This document shows positions 60,385 to 64,000 of a stretch of 64,000 nucleotides of DNA, in pieces. This DNA comes from Planctomycetota bacterium (lineage in GTDB: Bacteria; Planctomycetota; PLA2; JAEUHO01). The stretch is from NCBI GenBank assembly GCA_965223505.1, contig CBDCWP010000039.1, forward strand, positions 160,001-224,000, given 5' to 3'. Positions within the stretch are counted from its first letter, which is position 1. Each line of letters begins with the position of its first letter. A program made the position numbers and the translations under genes. The notes beneath the pieces are model-generated. The model was not told the DNA's origin. It saw only the letters and a program-made list of their open reading frames with translations, and did not search any database.

Positions 60385-62520
60385 ATGCTTCGCGCCATCG
60401 CGATCGGAACGTTGCAGTTCGCCCTTTCCCTGTCCCTTGCCGCCTGCGGTGCGTCGAACGGCGGAGACGCTGACGGCAATGCCGGCGGTGGCGGCAATGG
60501 GGGCGGCACCACGAACCTCGGCCCGGCGTCGGCCACGATCACCTGGCCGCCGGCGGGCTTCCTGACCGACCACCCCTTCATTCGTGTGCGCGGCACCGCC
60601 GCCGATCCGGACGGCGTCGCTGGCGTGACGGTGAACGGTACGGCCGCCACGAGTATGGACGGCTTCGCCCACTGGGAGGCGCTGGTGCCGCTCGCCGGCG
60701 GAACGGTGTCACTCGTCACTGCCGTCGAGGACACACTCGCCGCCGTCACGAGTCCAGCGGCCCCCGCGCTGACCGCGACGCGAGTCCCCTACGTGTCAGC
60801 GCATCCGGAGGCGATGGCATGGCACGCACCGAGCCAGCGTCACGTCATCCTGGACAGCGAACGGCGGTCCCTCGTCGCCGTGGACCCCGTCACCGGCATG
60901 GGGGCCGAGCTCAGCGGTCCGTTCGTCGGCACCGGGCTCGACCTGATCGACCCGCGGGACTTCGTCCTGGACCCCGCGTCGCCGAATCACGCGTATGTCG
61001 TGGACCGGACGCAGCAGGCCGTGCTCCACGTGGACTTGCTCACCGGGGACCGGCTGATTCACTCGGGCCCCGCGGTGGGCACCGGCGTGGCCTTGTCCCG
61101 GCCGATCTCGATCGACTACGACACGGCGGGAGCCCGACTGCTCGTCGGCGACGCGCAGCTCGACGCCCTGCTGGCCGTGGACCCGGCGACCGGCAATCGC
61201 ACGGAGCTGTCGGGCCCGAGCGTGGGCACGGGACCTTCGTTGGCGGAGCCGAAGCGCTTGACCCTGTGGCAGGGCAAGGCCCTGGTCCTGGAGACGTGGC
61301 AGCGGGTGCTGATCACGGTGGACCTCGCGACGGGTCACCGCACCATCGTTTCCAACTTCCTCGATGCCAACCAAGGGCTCGTCGTCGGCGCGCCCGCCGG
61401 TTGCCTGGTCGACGAGACGACGAGCACGGCCTACTTCGGCGCCTTCCCGGGCAACGTCCTCGAGGTCGATCTCACGACCGGCCTGCGCACACTCCTTTCG
61501 GCTCCGTCGATCGGTTCGGGCCCCGTCCTTCGCAACGTGGCCGCGCTGACCCACGGGCCCGGCGCGAACGAGATTTCCGCGTTCGATTGGGAGTTCGGCG
61601 CCATCCGCAGCATCGATCGAACGACGGGCGACCGCACGGCGGTGTACCGGCCCGCGCGCGGAACCGGCACGCACATCGAGCGTCCCGCCGGTCTTGCGCT
61701 GGCGGCCGACGGCCAGTCGCTCTACCTCATGGACGCGTACACGCAGCTGCTGCGTGTCGACGTCGCCACCGCGGATCGCGTCTCCGTGCCGGTCTCGGGT
61801 TCGCCCGTGATCTCGGCGCAGGGTCTCGCGTTGGACGCGTTGGGCAACCGCCTCTTCACGCGTGGCTCCATCGGCGGGCTGCCGGTGATCCATGCCGTGG
61901 ATCTGCTCACGAACACGAAGAGCGTCATCGCCGGCAACGGCGTGGGCACGGGCCCGATGGACTACCTGCGCGGCCTGGTCTTCGACCCACTCCAGGCTCG
62001 GCTCCTCGTCGCCCGCTACACCCCCGGATCGATCCTCGGCGTCGATCCCGCGATCGGAGACCGCGTCGAGCTGTCCGGGCCGAACGTCGGCACCGGCTAC
62101 GCCACGTCTGTCGTCGATCTCGACCTCGTTCCCGGCACCGGCGACGCGTTCGTGGCGGCGTCCAATGGGTACGTCATCGCTGTGGATCCGACAACGGGCG
62201 ACCGTACGGTCGTGAGCAGCATCGTGGTGGGGACGGGGCCGAGCATCCCGGTCAGCGGCACGATCCGCCTCGTGTTCGACGGCACAGCGGGGCGCGTGCT
62301 GGTCGTGTCCCGGGGGAAGGTGATGTCGGTCGACCCGGTCAGCGGTGAACGCGTGGTCGTGAGCGACGTTGCAACCGGCGTCGGCCCCGTCATCTCGGCG
62401 TTCGGCGGCGACATCGCCCTCGACGCGCAGCGTGGCGTGCTCTGGATCGCCGACAACGGCACGAATTCGTTGACGGCCGTCGACCTGACCTCGGGCGATC
62501 GCGTCGTCGTCTCCCGCTAG
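60385..62520 (+). CDS. Lipoprotein with Ig-like domain and tandem beta-propeller repeats
   Basis: GGAGG RBS; lipobox LAAC; more than ten VD(P/L)xTG(D/N)R...SG..VGTG repeats. Confidence 0.85.
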   Translation: MLRAIAIGTLQFALSLSLAACGASNGGDADGNAGGGGNGGGTTNLGPASATITWPPAGFLTDHPFIRVRGTAADPDGVAGVTVNGTAATSMDGFAHWEALVPLAGGTVSLVTAVEDTLAAVTSPAAPALTATRVPYVSAHPEAMAWHAPSQRHVILDSERRSLVAVDPVTGMGAELSGPFVGTGLDLIDPRDFVLDPASPNHAYVVDRTQQAVLHVDLLTGDRLIHSGPAVGTGVALSRPISIDYDTAGARLLVGDAQLDALLAVDPATGNRTELSGPSVGTGPSLAEPKRLTLWQGKALVLETWQRVLITVDLATGHRTIVSNFLDANQGLVVGAPAGCLVDETTSTAYFGAFPGNVLEVDLTTGLRTLLSAPSIGSGPVLRNVAALTHGPGANEISAFDWEFGAIRSIDRTTGDRTAVYRPARGTGTHIERPAGLALAADGQSLYLMDAYTQLLRVDVATADRVSVPVSGSPVISAQGLALDALGNRLFTRGSIGGLPVIHAVDLLTNTKSVIAGNGVGTGPMDYLRGLVFDPLQARLLVARYTPGSILGVDPAIGDRVELSGPNVGTGYATSVVDLDLVPGTGDAFVAASNGYVIAVDPTTGDRTVVSSIVVGTGPSIPVSGTIRLVFDGTAGRVLVVSRGKVMSVDPVSGERVVVSDVATGVGPVISAFGGDIALDAQRGVLWIADNGTNSLTAVDLTSGDRVVVSR

Positions 62521-62640
62521 GCCTGCGGTACACCCGCCGTCCGAACGCCCTCGTCGACGCTGAAGGAAGCGTCCTCGAATGGCGCCGGCTGCCGAGGTCG
62601 GGCTCGGCAGCCGGGCGTCGACCTGCCGTCGTCGCGAGTG

Positions 62641-63819
62641 CTAGTCGTCGTCCCTGCGGGAGCGGCGGCGGTCGTTCCGCTCTCGGCGGTCCCGGTGGTC
62701 GCGCACCTTCCGACGATGATCTCGCACGACGGGCTCGCGACGATCGCGGTGATCGCGGACGATCGGCTTGCGGCGGTCGCGGTGATCGCGGACGATCGGC
62801 TCGCGGCGGTCGCGGTGATCGCGGACGATTGGCTCGCGGCGGTCGCGATGGTCACGGACGACGGGCTCGCGACGGTCGCGGTGATCACGGACGACCGGCT
62901 CGCGGCGGTCACGGTGGTCCCGGACGACGGGCTCGCGGCGGTCGCGAAGGTCCCGGACGACCGGCTCGCGGCGGTCGCGATGGTCCCGGACGACGGGCTC
63001 GCGGCGGTCGCGGTGATCACGGACGACGGGTTCGCGGCGGTCACGGTGGTCCCGGACGACGGGCTCGCGGCGGTCGCGGTGGTCCCGGACGACGGGCTCG
63101 CGGCGGTCGCGGTGGTCCCGGACGACGGGCTCGCGGCGGTCGCGATGGTCACGGACGACGGGTTCGCGGCGGTCGCGATGGTCCCGGACGACGGGCTCGC
63201 GGCGGTCACGGTGATCACGGACGACGGGTTCGCGGCGGTCACGATGGTCCCGGACGACCGGCTCGCGGCGGTCGCGATGGTCACGGACGACGGGTTTGCG
63301 GCGGTCACGGTGGTCCCGGACGACGGGCTCGCGGCGGTCACGGTGATCACGGACGACGGGTTCGCGGCGGTCACGGACGACCGGCTCGCGGCGGTCGCGA
63401 TGGTCCCGGACGACCGGCTCGCGGCGGTCGCGATGGTCGCGCACGACCGGCTCGCGGCGGTCGCGATGGTCCCGGACGACGGGCTCGCGGCGGTCGCGGG
63501 GCGCGGGCACGCCGCGCTCGTGCCCCGTCACGATCGGCGGACGACGACGGTCACGGTGATCACGGACGACCGGCTCGCGGCGGTCGCGGGGCGCGGGCAC
63601 GCCGCGTTCGTGCCCCGTCACGATCGGCGGACGACGACGGTCACGGCGGTCGCGCGGCGCGGGCACGCGGTGCTCGTCCCTACGTACCGGCGCTGCCCGC
63701 GGGGAGCCGGAGTCCGTTCGTGAAGGGGATTGGGGCGTTTCGCCGTCCTCCCCGGCAAGGGCCAGGGCGGGGGCCGTCAGGATGGCAGCGAGGATCGCGG
63801 GGAGACAGAGGGACTTCAC
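62641..63819 (-). CDS. Secreted highly charged tandem-repeat protein (RDHRDRREPVV)n
   Basis: AAGGAG RBS, GTG start, signal peptide ending ALA; repeat variation is mostly synonymous in this frame. Confidence 0.8.
   Translation of the reverse strand: MKSLCLPAILAAILTAPALALAGEDGETPQSPSRTDSGSPRAAPVRRDEHRVPAPRDRRDRRRPPIVTGHERGVPAPRDRREPVVRDHRDRRRPPIVTGHERGVPAPRDRREPVVRDHRDRREPVVRDHRDRREPVVRDHRDRREPVVRDRREPVVRDHRDRREPVVRDHRDRRKPVVRDHRDRREPVVRDHRDRREPVVRDHRDRREPVVRDHRDRREPVVRDHRDRREPVVRDHRDRREPVVRDHRDRREPVVRDHRDRREPVVRDHRDRREPVVRDHRDRREPVVRDLRDRREPVVRDHRDRREPVVRDHRDRREPVVRDHRDRREPIVRDHRDRREPIVRDHRDRRKPIVRDHRDRREPVVRDHRRKVRDHRDRRERNDRRRSRRDDD
62690..63660 (-). repeat. 33-bp tandem repeat array (about 24 units) plus two 90-bp units
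   Basis: + strand unit such as gcggcggtcgcgatggtcccggacgacgggctc. Confidence 0.95.
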
Positions 63820-64000
63820 GTCGGCTCCTTTCGAGCGGGGTTCGCGACCTAACTCCCCGCTCGCCTCGAGGGGGGACCCACATTTCCGGATTCGTTCAGC
63901 GACGCGGCGCCTGCGGCGCGGGCAGCGCCGACGTGGCCCGCACGCTGCGTGCTCGACGATCCCTGCCGTTGGCGCGGATGACGGCCCGTTTCGAGGTGGC

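Noticed and set aside
62690..63660. 33-bp array as a CRISPR array
   Set aside because: Units are contiguous with no unique spacers, no cas genes are present, and the period is a multiple of three within a signal-peptide ORF
62517..63723. Alternative-frame repeat ORFs (62638-63723 +, 62517-63374 -)
   Set aside because: Open only because the repeat unit lacks stops; unit variation is non-synonymous in these frames and there is no RBS or signal peptide

Overview
High-GC bacterial chromosomal segment; gene content and style suggest a Planctomycetota-like organism (inference). From left to right it contains: (1) the start of a heavy-metal RND efflux operon (His/Cys-rich protein, TolC, adaptor, CusA/CzcA); (2) a very large NtrY-like kinase; (3) a phosphate block of archaeal-type 2-phosphoglycerate kinase plus ApgM-type mutase, converging on two Na/Pi cotransporters and PhoU, with a near-consensus sigma-54 promoter and an NtrC/NtrX-type activator; (4) an ECF sigma with an unusual large anti-sigma; (5) a 10-gene Mrp antiporter operon lacking a fused mrpA, followed by a membrane pyrophosphatase; (6) Uma2 nuclease, HtrA-like protease, GT87-methyltransferase fusion, CorA, MscS and an OmpR-type two-component system; (7) an accessory region with a PAS sigma-54 activator, secreted proteins, homocysteine methyltransferase, a (CGG)n-tailed protein, a sphingomyelinase-like enzyme and a membrane GMC oxidoreductase; (8) a TPR-CHAT protease (two indels) / ECF sigma / anti-sigma / beta-propeller lipoprotein module with a shared promoter-like motif; (9) a secreted protein made of 24 tandem RDHRDRREPVV units. 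I found no rRNA, tRNA, CRISPR array or transposase. All family assignments come from motif recognition by eye, not database searches.
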